Positions 25,475-38,388 of a stretch of 64,000 nucleotides of DNA are shown one piece after another. Position numbers and translations under genes: made by a program. Under the pieces are notes generated by a model, which was given only the letters and a program-made list of their open reading frames with translations, searched no databases and had not been told where the DNA came from. How positions within the stretch are numbered: position 1 is the stretch's first letter; every line of letters begins with the position of its first letter. Source of the DNA: Octopus bimaculoides (taxonomy: Eukaryota); the NCBI RefSeq assembly GCF_001194135.2, contig NC_068984.1:79536851-79600850 (forward strand). Reading direction: 5' to 3'.

Positions 25475-26228
25475 GCACATGCACCCATATATGTATATAT
25501 ATGTATATATAAGTGTATATATATATATATACATATATATATGCACATACATTCATATATATATATATATATATANNNNNNNNNNNNNNNNNNNNNNNNN
25601 NNNNNNNNNNNNNNNNNNNNNNNNNNNNNNNNNNNNNNNNNNNNNNNNNNNNNNNNNNNNNNNNNNNNNNNNNNNNNNNNNNNNNNNNNNNNNNNNNNNN
25701 NNNNNNNNNNNNNNNNNNNNNNNNNNNNNNNNNNNNNNNNNNNNNNNNNNNNNNNNNNNNNNNNNNNNNNNNNNNNNNNNNNNNNNNNNNNNNNNNNNNN
25801 NNNNNNNNNNNNNNNNNNNNNNNNNNNNNNNNNNNNNNNNNNNNNNNNNNNNNNNNNNNNNNNNNNNNNNNNNNNNNNNNNNNNNNNNNNNNNNNNNNNN
25901 NNNNNNNNNNNNNNNNNNNNNNNNNNNNNNNNNNNNNNNNNNNNNNNNNNNNNNNNNNNNNNNNNNNNNNNNNNNNNNNNNNNNNNNNNNNNNNNNNNNN
26001 NNNNNNNNNNNNNNNNNNNNNNNNNNNNNNNNNNNNNNNNNNNNNNNNNNNNNNNNNNNNNNNNNNNNNNNNNNNNNNNNNNNNNNNNNNNNNNNNNNNN
26101 NNNNNNNNNNNNNNNNNNNNNNNNNNNNNNNNNNNNNNNNNNNNNNNNNNNNNNNNNNNNNNNNNNNNNNNNNNNNNNNNNNNNNNNNNNNNNNNNNNNN
26201 NNNNNNNNNNNNNNNNNNNNNNNNNNNN

Positions 26229-26285
<57 letters not shown>

Positions 26286-26524
26286 TGTGTGTGTGTGTGT
26301 GTGAGAGTGTGCTGGAAATAGAAAATTCATTGTCCAAGTGCCACATGCAACCAGGTTATTTTGTAAGAACCAATTTCCTGCACCTGTTTACTGCATCATT
26401 TTATTTTATTTCATTTTATGATTTTTGTTTCATTTTATGTTCAAAGGTTCTCTCTGTTTTTGTTTCCTTATTGTATCTGTTTGTTTAGTTAATCTAACTA
26501 TATATATTGTTGAAAGACAGAGAA

Positions 26525-26569
<45 letters not shown>

Positions 26570-26579
26570 NNNNNNNNNN

Positions 26580-26619
<40 letters not shown>

Positions 26620-27639
26620 GAAAGAGAGATAGCCAGTTGGATAGACACTTAGAATGAAAGAAAGAGGAAGAAGAAGAGGAGGAGAAGAGGAGAGACAAAG
26701 TAGACTAATGGTTAAGTATAAGTATTGTGATTTTACAACAGAAGCAATGCCTGGAAGTAGCAACTTGCTTGTAATGAGATTTTTTGTCTTTTTCATATCA
26801 GGAAGTATAGGAGAAGTGTGTTCCTTCCATATCATATTCTTCTTCAAAATCGTTTGCTAATCTAATATATTATTGGCTGTCCGTCTGTCTCTTTGATTTG
26901 ACACTTCCACTTTTCCTGTTGGTTGATAAATGAATTAAAGTAGATACGCGTGAGAAGGCTATTTTGTTAGAAGAATGTCTGGAGAAGAAAATGAAAAGTA
27001 AATGAATAACAAAAAAAAATAAATAAATGTAAAAACAAAAATACACCCAGGTATGTCTGCTATGTGAAAACTTAATAAGTAACGAGGGGGCTATTTTGTG
27101 CTTTGGTGAAGTTTGTTTCATTGTCTCTGAAATATAACTGGCAGCTTGTTTATGACAAGTGGACATTTTACGATTTAATGTTATTCTGTCTTTTACTTTG
27201 TTGTTAGTCTCTAGGCTTTGTGTATCATCAACATCATCATCATCGTCTTCATTATTATCATCATTCATATTATTTAACATCTGCTTTCCATGCTGGCATG
27301 GATTGGATGGCTTGACAAAAGCTGGCAAGCCAGAAGACTTTACTGAGTTTTACTGTCTGTTTTGGCGTAGAATCTACAGCTGGATGCTCTTTCTAACACC
27401 AACCACTTTGCAGAGATGTTTTACTTCCAAGGCACCAGCACCAGCAAGGTCATCAAGACAATAACCCTGCAAATGAGATGAGTGGGGAGTGGTATGGAGG
27501 GGAGAGGCTTTGTAGCTAGTAATCAGAGGTTAGAGTACAACAGAAGGACAGAAACAGGTGTTGGGCAGTAGATGAGATACATGGTTACCTCCAGTTGGAG
27601 AGAGAGAGAGAGAGAGAAAGAAGCTGAAGTGTATATGTG

Positions 27640-27647
27640 TTTGTGTT

Positions 27648-27742
<95 letters not shown>
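27640..27742. repeat. (GT)n microsatellite
   Basis: Read directly from the sequence. Confidence 0.95.
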
Positions 27743-27744
<2 letters not shown>

Positions 27745-28599
27745 TTGATGCACTGGGTGTGTGACAAATTATCATATAAGGTTGCAGCTCTGAATAGTAT
27801 CTGCATTAAAGTCTTGCTGTTACATTATCTGATAGCAGAACATGGATATGATATAGGGCTGTTATAGAGTATGAAAACCATGTATTGTATAAGAGAATAA
27901 CAGGTAGTAAGTTACTGGTGCTTCATTTATTTCATTTCCATTGTAATTGTTTCAGTGACTGATAACAAAGATCAATAGATAATTAGAAATTATAGTTGAT
28001 TAGATTAATTGTAGAGCATATCATCAGACAGTTCATTGAAATATCAGTCGTAATAGTAATGAAATATATGAAATAACAGTACCTTGATTCCTGTTATCTT
28101 TTCATACTATATATATATATATAATAATAGTCAATGCTACATTACTTGAAGTTTCTTGGGCATAGGACACATCCACAATGTCTGATGTTTGGACATGGGA
28201 GAGAATTTATAAGAAATTTCAAATGGTTTCTAGATGAGAGTGTTTGGGCTACCATTGTTCAACTCAGGTCAGTCTAGTTGCTTCATTATCATAGTGATAC
28301 CAGTTATGTTACTGATAGTAGTACGTGGTGCAGTAGACGGGATGTCGATGTCACTTTATTAGCATTCATCAGGAGGTGATATTTCAGTGCTATTACTGAT
28401 TTATATTGAATACAGCACATAGTAGAGCAGGCAAGATATTGGTATTAATGAATCACCATTCTGCTGTGTGGTATTTCAGTGATAATGGTTATCAAATGGG
28501 AAGGTAACTGATTTGATGGTGCCAAGTTACATGAGTTTGCATGAGGACATGTTTTATTGTTGGCAGCAAGATTTATATGCCTGCTATTGTGTGTGAGCT

Positions 28600-29475
28600 T
28601 ACCATGCCTAGGGAAGTCTATCCAGATTATCAGTGGCCAATGATTTGAAGTGTGCCTCTAGTGGCAAAAATAAGATAGGTCACTTTTTTATTCCAGGATA
28701 TTATATGCTGTTGGAGTATGTACAGTTTCTTATAAAACCAGAATTGACGATTACAAGTTCACTTTGAATAAGGTGGGTCCCGATTAATGATACTGTGTGT
28801 GATGTTGGCAAAGTTGTTTAAATGATCCATATTCTTGTAGTGAAGTGAGACAAAGAGGTAGAGTTTTGCCCTCTCTCTACATCTGAAGGAGTGCATATGT
28901 TGTATGCATCTTTCCTTAAACTTATTGACTGTCATATCCCCATCCCCTAGTTTCTGATGGTATGACTGGATGGTGAGAGTGACTTTATAGACAACAGATT
29001 TTGAGTGGCAGGATCCTCCCAATGGGCAGTTGATGTGATTTCAGTAATCCCTGATTTGGGTGTAGGGTGAAGACTATGTGGCTGCATGCTTACATCAGTT
29101 GTAGCATGCAATGTTGGAAGTGACATTAATGGAATTAAAAAGTTTGGTATTTAAGGGATTTTGATAAATAATTTTGATTACATGGAGGACTAAACCAGAT
29201 TACCTTTTTCTTTCTAACTCACTTTGGGTTAGATGGTGAGGGAAGGATCTTCTGTGTTCACAAACTTTTGGGAAATCATTCCTCATTAGTGCTTTGTTAT
29301 AATGGGATGTGACTCTGTTGAAGTTCTCTCTATCTGCTGATAGACTGGAAATTCTTCTACCAATCCCTTTGACTACAGTTATTGGGTAGTTGGGGTGTTT
29401 ATGAATATAGGCAATTTCCTGAATCAAACTGTTTTTATAGCATATAACTCCAACCAAATGTACTGAATTGTACAT
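28600..29475 (-). mobile_element. Decayed Penelope-like element (RT C-terminus + GIY-YIG endonuclease)
   Basis: YIHKHPNYP..IGRRISSLSADRENF..HYNKAL; then CPLGGSCHSKSVVYKV..NKFKERCIQHMHSFR..HSIINRDPPYSK. Confidence 0.85.
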
Positions 29476-29525
29476 TCTTTCATTTGTTCATTTGTGTGTG
29501 TATGTGCATATAATGTGTGTGTATA

Positions 29526-29561
<36 letters not shown>

Positions 29562-29793
29562 TGTATGTATGTATGTATGTATGTATGTGTGTATTACATC
29601 CCCTGTCTACCATATAGAGGAGCTTTACTTCATGTTCCATGAGTATTGTTGTTTTTAGAATAGGTAAGCAAATGTCTTGTATGGTGTAAGAGGCAACTAA
29701 AAAACAGTTAGCATCTGGATGGGCATCTGAACATAACGCACAATCTCAAATAGACTTGTCTAACCTATGTCACCATGGAAAAGCAAATATAAA

Positions 29794-29838
<45 letters not shown>

Positions 29839-29933
29839 AATGTTAAAGCACTTATAATATGTGGAAGTTATTAATTTATTACCTTAAATTATTTTTTTTA
29901 TTGCAAATTGATGGCTACAAGTATCCGATAGAC

Positions 29934-30281
29934 CAGTGGTTCTCAACAAGAGTCCATATGGCACCTGAGGGCTCATATAAAATTTTTTGAGTTCGTGCAA
30001 CAGAATAGTAAACTGGGGATCCACAATAGTATTTTATGGGACCCTGGAAAAATTTGTATTACAAGAAACAGATTTTTTTCTCTAACATTTTACATAGTTC
30101 AACCTATTTTGCTTTTCACACATCAACCTACACAAGTTAATGTGTGGAAAGCAAAATAGGAATTTTGAAAGAAGTTTCTATAAAACTGGCTTTTAAACAT
30201 TGTATGGCTATGAAGGTCCACCAGAATATAATAATAATCAAAGGGGTCCAGAGATAAAAAAAAAATGGTTGAGAACCCCTG
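29934..30281. mobile_element. hAT (Charlie-type) MITE, 348 bp
   Basis: TIRs CAGTGGTTCTCAAC / GTTGAGAACCCCTG; 8-bp TSD CGATAGAC / CAATAGAC (7 of 8 match). Confidence 0.9.
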
Positions 30282-30410
30282 CAATAGACTAGTTATTAGT
30301 TCAAAGAAGAAGATATGCATTTTTTGATTGAAGAATACCATTTTTTTTTTGGTTGAATTGCAAATGTTTACATCTTTTACTTTTCTACTTTGGTAAAAGA
30401 TACATGTATA

Positions 30411-30900
30411 TACACATGGCTCTGTAGCTGAGATGTTTAGTTCCCAACCATGTGGTGTAAGGTTCAGTTCCATTGTATAACACCTTAGGCATATATCTTA
30501 TTCTACCCTGGGCTGATGAAATCCTTGTGAGTGGACTTGGCCAATGGAAACTGAAAAAACGACCCATTGTATATATCTATATATATCTATATATCCATCT
30601 GTCTATCTGTATATCTGTCAATCATTTTATATATATTTGTGTGTATGTGTGTGTTTGTGTATCTTTATCTTGACATCATGTGATAATTGTAAATTATTGT
30701 TGCCTTCATACAAGTGATGCCATTCATTTCCAATCTTCTGTGAATATGTCAAGCCACAGATAAATATTACCTTACTTAAAAACAGGTGAGGGTTGGCAAC
30801 AGGAAGGGCACCTAACTGTTGAAAATCTACATCAAGGAAAACCCATCCAACTCATCAGGCAAGCATGGAAAAATGGACACTAAAACAATGTCAATGATGA
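30411..30900 (+). mobile_element. Family A-headed SINE with a different 3' half ending in the RTE-like tail
   Basis: The family A head is followed by GAGGGTTGGCAACAGGAAGGGCA..AGCATGGAAAAATGGAC. Confidence 0.6.
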
Positions 30901-30954
30901 CTGCCACACTCACATTATATACAACAATCTTAAACGCATCTAGGATAATCGAAT

Positions 30955-31262
30955 CAAACTTTTAGCTTGTTCAAATACTAGAATTAAAAGAATTTTTTCT
31001 TTTCACATTTAAGAGCATCAAAGCAAATTTTCAACTTGCTCAAATGCTATTTCAACATCTCAGATTTGTTTTTCACGTTGAAGAACAAACTTTCAAATTG
31101 TTTAAATACTATTACAAAATCTTATTCAATTGTTTTTTTTTCACATTTTACCAAATTTTCAGCTTGTTTAAAATACTATTTTCAACATTTCACTTAGATT
31201 TGTTATTTTTTTTACATTTTAGAAAATCAAACCAAACTCTTTTAGCGTGTTCAAGTACTATT
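30955..31262. repeat. Degenerate minisatellite, 5 units of about 65-80 bp
   Basis: AAA(C/T)TTT(T/C)AGCTTGTT(C/T)AAATACTA recurs at about 30957, 31024, 31087, 31153 and 31234. Confidence 0.75.
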
Positions 31263-31320
31263 TGCAATATCTCAACAATGTAGGCCCTTAGAAAAAAATT
31301 GAAAAAAAAACAAACAAACA

Positions 31321-31722
31321 CAGGCATGGCTGTGTGGTAAGAAGTTTGCTTCCCAACCACATGGTTTTAGGTTCAGTCCCACTGTATGGCACCTTGAGCA
31401 AGTGTCTTCTGCTGTAACCCCAGGCTGACCAAAGCCTTGTGTGAGAATTTGTTAGGCAGAAACTGAAATAAGCCTAGCATATATAGATATAAATGAATAC
31501 ATATATGTCTTTGTATTTGTGTCTGTCACTTTCACTGATTCACTGCCAGTGTAGGTTTGTTTATGTCCCCATAATTTTGTAGTTTGATAAAAGAGACCAA
31601 TGGAATAAGTACCAGACTTTAAAAAACAAAAATCCAATACTGGGGTTGATTTGCTTGACTAAAACCTTTCAGCGTGGTGTCCCAGCATGGCCACAACCCA
31701 GTGACTGCAGCAAGTAAAAGAA
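31321..31722 (+). mobile_element. SINE family A copy
   Basis: Full head-to-tail homology with 60511-60903. Confidence 0.85.
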
Positions 31723-32358
31723 GAAACCTAGTGAATTTAATTCCATGTGTGCTATCTCCATCCTCAATTCTAGAAGTCAGTTTTGGCTTACTGTATTACA
31801 GAGTTGGAGTCTTTCCATAATAGCTCTTCATGTGTTAACCAGCTGATCAAGATTTGAATCATGTAGTAATTTGAGGAACCAATAAATCAAGATATAAACC
31901 ATGGGATCACCATTATTAATGATGTGAATGTTGTATATTCTAATGTATTCTTAACTGGACACTTAAATTTTATGTACCTCAACTGTCAAAAATAAGTACC
32001 ATGTTCATGTGCATTCTAAGAGAGATTTACTATTCTTATCTGCTTAAAACCATGAAATTTGAAACTAAGCATGGATTCTTAAAAACCATTTGGCGGTTTG
32101 GGAGATGTATTTTTGTTTACATCTTTATTGTCATTAGTGGATCCACTTTGTCACAAGTATTTAGACCAAGTTTTCTGTCTTAGAATAAATTATTCACATC
32201 TGTCTTGGAGACTCTGTAAATGATTGTAGGTTCACCCATCCACTTCTGACTAAGCCAACACATATATACATACATACATACATACATACATACATGCATA
32301 CATTTATACACCCCCACCCATCCCCACACACACATGTATGTGTGCGTCTCCCTCTCTC

Positions 32359-32392
<34 letters not shown>

Positions 32393-32394
<2 letters not shown>

Positions 32395-32527
32395 CCAGCT
32401 GTAGAAACTCTGCCAAATTTAGATTGGAGCCTGGTGTTGCCATCCGGTTTCACCAGTCCTCAGTCAAGTCGTCCAACCCATGCTAGCATGGAAAGCGGAC
32501 GTTAAACGATGATGATGATGATGATGA

Positions 32528-32530
<3 letters not shown>
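32393..32530 (+). mobile_element. Young RTE 3' UTR copy with (GAT)n tail
   Basis: ..CCAACCCATGCTAGCATGGAAAGCGGACGTTAAACGATGATG. Confidence 0.85.
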
Positions 32531-32564
<34 letters not shown>

Positions 32565-34643
32565 GCCTGTATATATGTGTGTGTATATTTATATTTATAC
32601 ATACACACAGATGCACATATTAGTTATGTTTAGTTGGCTTTTATGTTTTACAGTACATTAAGTGCAAATGTCTGTTTTTGGTTTATTTCTTTCATTTAAT
32701 TTATATTTTTAATGGCTACAACTCTTTGATGGTGTATTTGTTTTAACCCTTTCATAGTTCATTAAGCAATAAAGTCCCACCCCTTTTGAGTGATTTTATA
32801 TGTGTTTAGTAACTTACATAGGTGTCAACTCAGTGAACATAATGACCTTATGTTTGACCTCTACTTTAAGCCTGTTATTCTCATGCAACATTTACATTTT
32901 TACATTGTTGGCACCATCAGATTGAAAGGTATGAATTGTCCTGCACAAGTGTCAAAACAATAAAGAATTCTGATAGGCAGCTGATGATAGGATCTCTGTG
33001 TTGTCTTTATGTGCTTTTTGTTTTGAGCTTAACTTAACATTTCAGTGTTGTCATCTATTGGGATCTTTGTTCTGATGGGGGTTCATCTCTTGTTTTTGAC
33101 TAGCCTGAATGGAATGTTTAGTTTACTTTATAAATTGATTACAGAGAGTGAATGATAAGTATCTATTATCAACAAGGTTTTGTTTTGACCATTTTAGGGT
33201 ATTAATTCATAGTGATTTAGTAAATTGGCTTTTACAGTTAGTGCTAGCCATATTTATTATAGTGCTTTATTTATTTATTCTTTATCAATAATGTATTGTA
33301 ATTTTTCATAATAATTTTACTCCAATATTTCCCTAATTATTTTAATTTTCTTTCTCTCACTTTTCCTTCTAAACTATCTTGTTCATTTTTCATTTGTTTT
33401 CCTCATTTTTGTTTTCATGTTTCTTCTTTCCTTTTTTCTTTCTATTTATTCACCTTATGCTCGCTTCTATTGCATTCCTTTTGCCCCTCATTATGCCTCA
33501 CAAACCTTTTCCCCTCATAGAACTAAAAATTGTTTTGCACCAGCTTTGTAATGTACTCTCTTGCTTGTTCATAACTTTCTACTGTATTACAGCATCCAAC
33601 ACCCATACCCCTACATGTAGACCTATCATCCTCTCCCCCACATTCCTCTTCCCATTCCTTTTATCTCACACACTTGCATGCTCTACCTGGCCCCTAACCT
33701 GTCAGCTGTTGCTCTCTCTCTCTCCTCAACCACTCTTCCTCTTTCACTATACCTTTACTTTTTCTATACTTTCTTTCTGATGAGGGACTCATGCCCAAAA
33801 CATTTGAGTCACTTTCCCTTTTACATGCATTGACTAGTACAACATTTGTTAGAACTTGTCCCTCCTGTGCTGTCCTTTTTCTTTCTGTTTTTTTAAAATT
33901 GCTCTCTCTCTCTCTCATTCTCTCTCACTCCCCCTATATATATATATATATATNNNNNNNNNNNNNNNNNNNNNNNNNNNNNNNNNNNNNNNNNNNNNNN
34001 NNNNNNNNNNNNNNNNNNNNNNNNNNNNNNNNNNNNNNNNNNNNNNNNNNNNNNNNNNNNNNNNNNNNNNNNNNNNNNNNNNNNNNNNNNNNNNNNNNNN
34101 NNNNNNNNNNNNNNNNNNNNNNNNNNNNNNNNNNNNNNNNNNNNNNNNNNNNNNNNNNNNNNNNNNNNNNNNNNNNNNNNNNNNNNNNNNNNNNNNNNNN
34201 NNNNNNNNNNNNNNNNNNNNNNNNNNNNNNNNNNNNNNNNNNNNNNNNNNNNNNNNNNNNNNNNNNNNNNNNNNNNNNNNNNNNNNNNNNNNNNNNNNNN
34301 NNNNNNNNNNNNNNNNNNNNNNNNNNNNNNNNNNNNNNNNNNNNNNNNNNNNNNNNNNNNNNNNNNNNNNNNNNNNNNNNNNNNNNNNNNNNNNNNNNNN
34401 NNNNNNNNNNNNNNNNNNNNNNNNNNNNNNNNNNNNNNNNNNNNNNNNNNNNNNNNNNNNNNNNNNNNNNNNNNNNNNNNNNNNNNNNNNNNNNNNNNNN
34501 NNNNNNNNNNNNNNNNNNNNNNNNNNNNNNNNNNNNNNNNNNNNNNNNNNNNNNNNNNNNNNNNNNNNNNNNNNNNNNNNNNNNNNNNNNNNNNNNNNNN
34601 NNNNNNNNNNNNNNNNNNNNNNNNNNNNNNNNNNNNNNNNNNN

Positions 34644-34687
<44 letters not shown>

Positions 34688-35104
34688 AAATATATATATA
34701 CACACACGCACAAACATATATCAATACATATAGATGTGTGTGTGTGTGTGTGTGCATAGATGGGTTAATAGGTAGATAGATGTATATGAATATTTCATGA
34801 CCCTCTTGACTACTTTTTTCACCTTCAATTTATTTCTCTTTGTTGTGTTTCTAAGCATATGAGCTATGCGTATTCATATATGCATTTACATGAGTACACT
34901 ATTTCTTGCATATACACACATACACACAAACATGCATAAATATGTATACAGATATCTATATCCATATATATATATTTGTATCTGTTAATTTATATATCAA
35001 TTGATATATATGTTGTTCATATGCGTGTATGTATTTATATGCATGTAAACAAGTGCATAAACTAATGTATACCTGCTTGAAGGAAATTGATTGTAATGAG
35101 CTAT

Positions 35105-35149
<45 letters not shown>

Positions 35150-36152
35150 TAGATAGATAGATAGAGAGAGAGATAGATAGATAGATAGATAGATGGATAG
35201 AGAGACAGATAGCTGTACATAGATATATGTGTGTGTGTGTGTGAGCATATAGAAAAATGTGCAGTTCTGTGTGTCTGCATGAGTGTAGGGTGTGTATTTA
35301 CTACTGGGGTTTTGAGCGAAATGCATTATCTGCAAATCCGTTTCTGGGCCAGAAAGTTAAAGAGAACGCATAAGAGAAAGTGTTGCAATTAATGTAGAGC
35401 CTAATAGAGTTGGAAGCTGCTTTATTGTCAGAACAAATAGAAGTGAAAGTGGTTTAACAGAGTTATGGTACCTTGCTACAAAAGGCAACATGTAACATTT
35501 CGGGGCCAGAAGGTTTATAACAGCAGTAAAAATAAAAATAAAAATACAAAAAGAGTGAAGTGGAACTGGTGAATGCTAGCAAAATTCTAAGCAACGTGCA
35601 ATGTCTGAAAAGTAGTAAAATTATAAATAGACTAAGAGGTTGAGTGATTAAGAAGTTTGTCTCATGATAGTATGGTTTCGGTTTCAATCCCACTGCATCA
35701 AACCTTCGGCAAAAGTCTTCTGCAATAGTCCTGGGTTGATCAAACCTATGTGAGTGGAGCTGGTACAGGGAAAGAAGACTATTGTGAGTATGTATATATA
35801 TTAATACTTCATATATATATATATATNNNNNNNNNNNNNNNNNNNNNNNNNNNNNNNNNNNNNNNNNNNNNNNNNNNNNNNNNNNNNNNNNNNNNNNNNN
35901 NNNNNNNNNNNNNNNNNNNNNNNNNNNNNNNNNNNNNNNNNNNNNNNNNNNNNNNNNNNNNNNNNNNNNNNNNNNNNNNNNNNNNNNNNNNNNNNNNNNN
36001 NNNNNNNNNNNNNNNNNNNNNNNNNNNNNNNNNNNNNNNNNNNNNNNNTATATATATATATATATATACATATACACACATACGTATATATATATACATA
36101 TACATACATATATGTATATAAATATATATATATATATCAACACACACACACA

Positions 36153-36213
<61 letters not shown>

Positions 36214-36219
36214 GGCCAT

Positions 36220-36650
36220 TTTCTAATTGTGGACAGTACCTGTGGAAGTGGTAGACCCAGGAAGACGTGGGCTGAAGTGGTAAGAAAGGATCTTTGGATG
36301 CTGGGCCTCACTGTGGAAATGACAAGAGACTAGCAAATATGGCAATTTGCAGTACTTGATAAGATGCATCAAGCTAAGTAAAACCACTGTGTTCCACACA
36401 TGCAGGCTTGTCCTTTCAGGTGCTGGTGCCACATAAAAAGCATCCATGCAAGTGCTGCATTAATGCATCCAAGCTGGTGGCTTGTAAAAAGCACCCAGCT
36501 CACTCTGTTAAGTGGCTGGTTTTAGGAAGGGCATCCAGCCGTAGAAACTATGCCTCAACAGGAGCTGGAGGCTGGACAGTTTCCTGCTAGCCAGCTCCAT
36601 GTTAGACCATCCAACCCATGTCAGCATGGAAAGCAGATGTTAAACAATAC
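36220..36650 (+). mobile_element. RTE LINE 3' end (ORF terminus + 3' UTR)
   Basis: IVDSTCGSGRPRKTWAEVVRKDLWMLGL.. (the RTE GRPRKTW motif), followed by the UTR shared with the dispersed copies. Confidence 0.85.
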
Positions 36651-37249
36651 TGATTATATATGTATGTATGTATACATTTACACATGCACATACACAATGA
36701 TCTTGATCCAAAAACTCTCTCTCTACTAGGCCACGTAACTATTAACAGGCAGATATGTTTGACATACTCCTAAAAAAAAACTAAAATGACAGAGTTGTTA
36801 CAACTGAAATAGCCTTGTTCATAGGTCGGTTGTTGTTGATCTTGTTTAGCACCTAGTCAATCTGATATGAAACAGCTCAGGAATGTTATGAGTCATTGAG
36901 CAAGTAACTACTCTGTGTGTTTCTCAACCTGCAAGGAATATGAACTAAATCTTAAAATATCAATCTACTATCCTAGAGAAAACGAAAGGACACGGATAGT
37001 GTTGTCCTAAATACATCTGATAATAAAAGGAAATGGCCATGTGTGGGACATCTTGGATCATAGTTTTTTTCAATTAGTGCTGACCTGAGGCTAAACAACA
37101 GAATCTTGGCATTGTGGTACACATTGTGAATCCCTAGTATACATATCATTAATCCTAATTGTCTTCCAAGCTACTATCACAACTCTTGATAAGAAAACAT
37201 TTGTTTTCTTGAAATAGTCTCTTCTTTAAGATAGAAAATTTTCAAAGTG

Positions 37250-37602
37250 CATTGTACTGTACAGAGTTCTATGTGAGACTGAAAACTGTGAAAAAGCAGT
37301 CTTCACTTGAGGACTGAAAAATTAAAGAAAAACACTGCTATACAAAGTCCTGTCTAGGCCTGAAAATCAAGATCAAACAGGGCTGTACAGTGTCCTATCT
37401 AGAACTGAAAATTAAGGTAAAGAGGTGCTGTACAGTGTCCATTCTAGGACTGAAAATTAAGGTAAAGCAATGTTGTACAGTGTCCATTCTAGGACTGAAA
37501 ATTAAGATAGATCAGTGCTGCACACTGTCCATTCTAAGACTGACAATTAAGGTAAAGCAATGCTGAAAAGTGTCTTATCTAGGATTGAAAATTAAAGATA
37601 TC
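37250..37602. repeat. 45-bp minisatellite (6 exact-period units plus decayed flanks)
   Basis: Units start at 37336, 37381, 37426, 37471, 37516 and 37561; consensus TGCTGTACAGTGTCCATTCTAGGACTGAAAATTAAGGTAAAGCAA. Confidence 0.95.
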
Positions 37603-38284
37603 ACTGTGTCTTCTTTTGTATGAGAATTTAAAAAATTGTTCTGTGCTGTGCAGTGCTCTCTTTAGGAATGGAAACAAACAGCGAAATGCACTATGCTGTA
37701 CAATGTTTACTCTGTTTCTCTATGTGAGTGTGTGTCTGCATATCAATGTAGTTCAAGAGCCTCCATTGAAAAAGCTAAAATTGACTTTATCTTTTTATTT
37801 GAATTGTATAATGTCTATTGACTATTGGGTAAAATATAGAATCTTAGAAAAATATATTGGGCATCAATTTGTGCAAATCTGAGTTTATAGAAGAGTTCAA
37901 TAAGTTCAGTTGCCATGAGCAAATAATGGTTTTGTTACTTCAGTCTGGAAGCTAGCTGAGAGTGAGTATATGGAATGAAGGGAAAGAATAATGCTGAGAT
38001 TGATATGGAAAGTGAGTGTGACCTTTTGTTCTTGTATTCAGTATTTCAGATCGTGATTTCTCAACAGTAGAACCATTCTTTTATCCTTAATTTCTTACTT
38101 GTTTCTCTTACTGGATTGCTGCCATGCTGGAGCACTGCCTTAAATTGTTTTCAGTCAAGCAAATCAACTATCGGAATCTTTTGTTGAACCATTAAGATAC
38201 AGGGCTGCAAACAAACCAACATCAGTTGATGATGGAGAGCACAGTTAGAAACACACACATGCACATATTACATGTAACCTGTTT

Positions 38285-38388
<104 letters not shown>

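Noticed and set aside
28340-28372. CTGATGA motif downstream of the 29-kb Penelope relic (minus strand)
   Set aside because: GAAA and stem I are missing, so it is too decayed to call a hammerhead.
32843-32860. TGACCT direct repeat with 6-nt spacer (nuclear-receptor-like)
   Set aside because: A single short motif expected by chance in 64 kb, with no supporting context.
36751-36762. 12-nt match to the 5' end of miR-190 (AGATATGTTTGA)
   Set aside because: The match stops at 12 nt and there is no complementary arm for a precursor hairpin.
37336-37602. CRISPR-like periodicity
   Set aside because: The units are contiguous tandem copies without unique spacers, no cas genes are present, and the context is eukaryotic.
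37666-37723. 58-nt segment with a good acceptor and GTGAGT donor (METNSEMHYAVQCLLCFS)
   Set aside because: The acceptor and body are decayed copies of the adjacent 45-bp minisatellite unit and no protein is recognisable. It is not excluded without RNA data.
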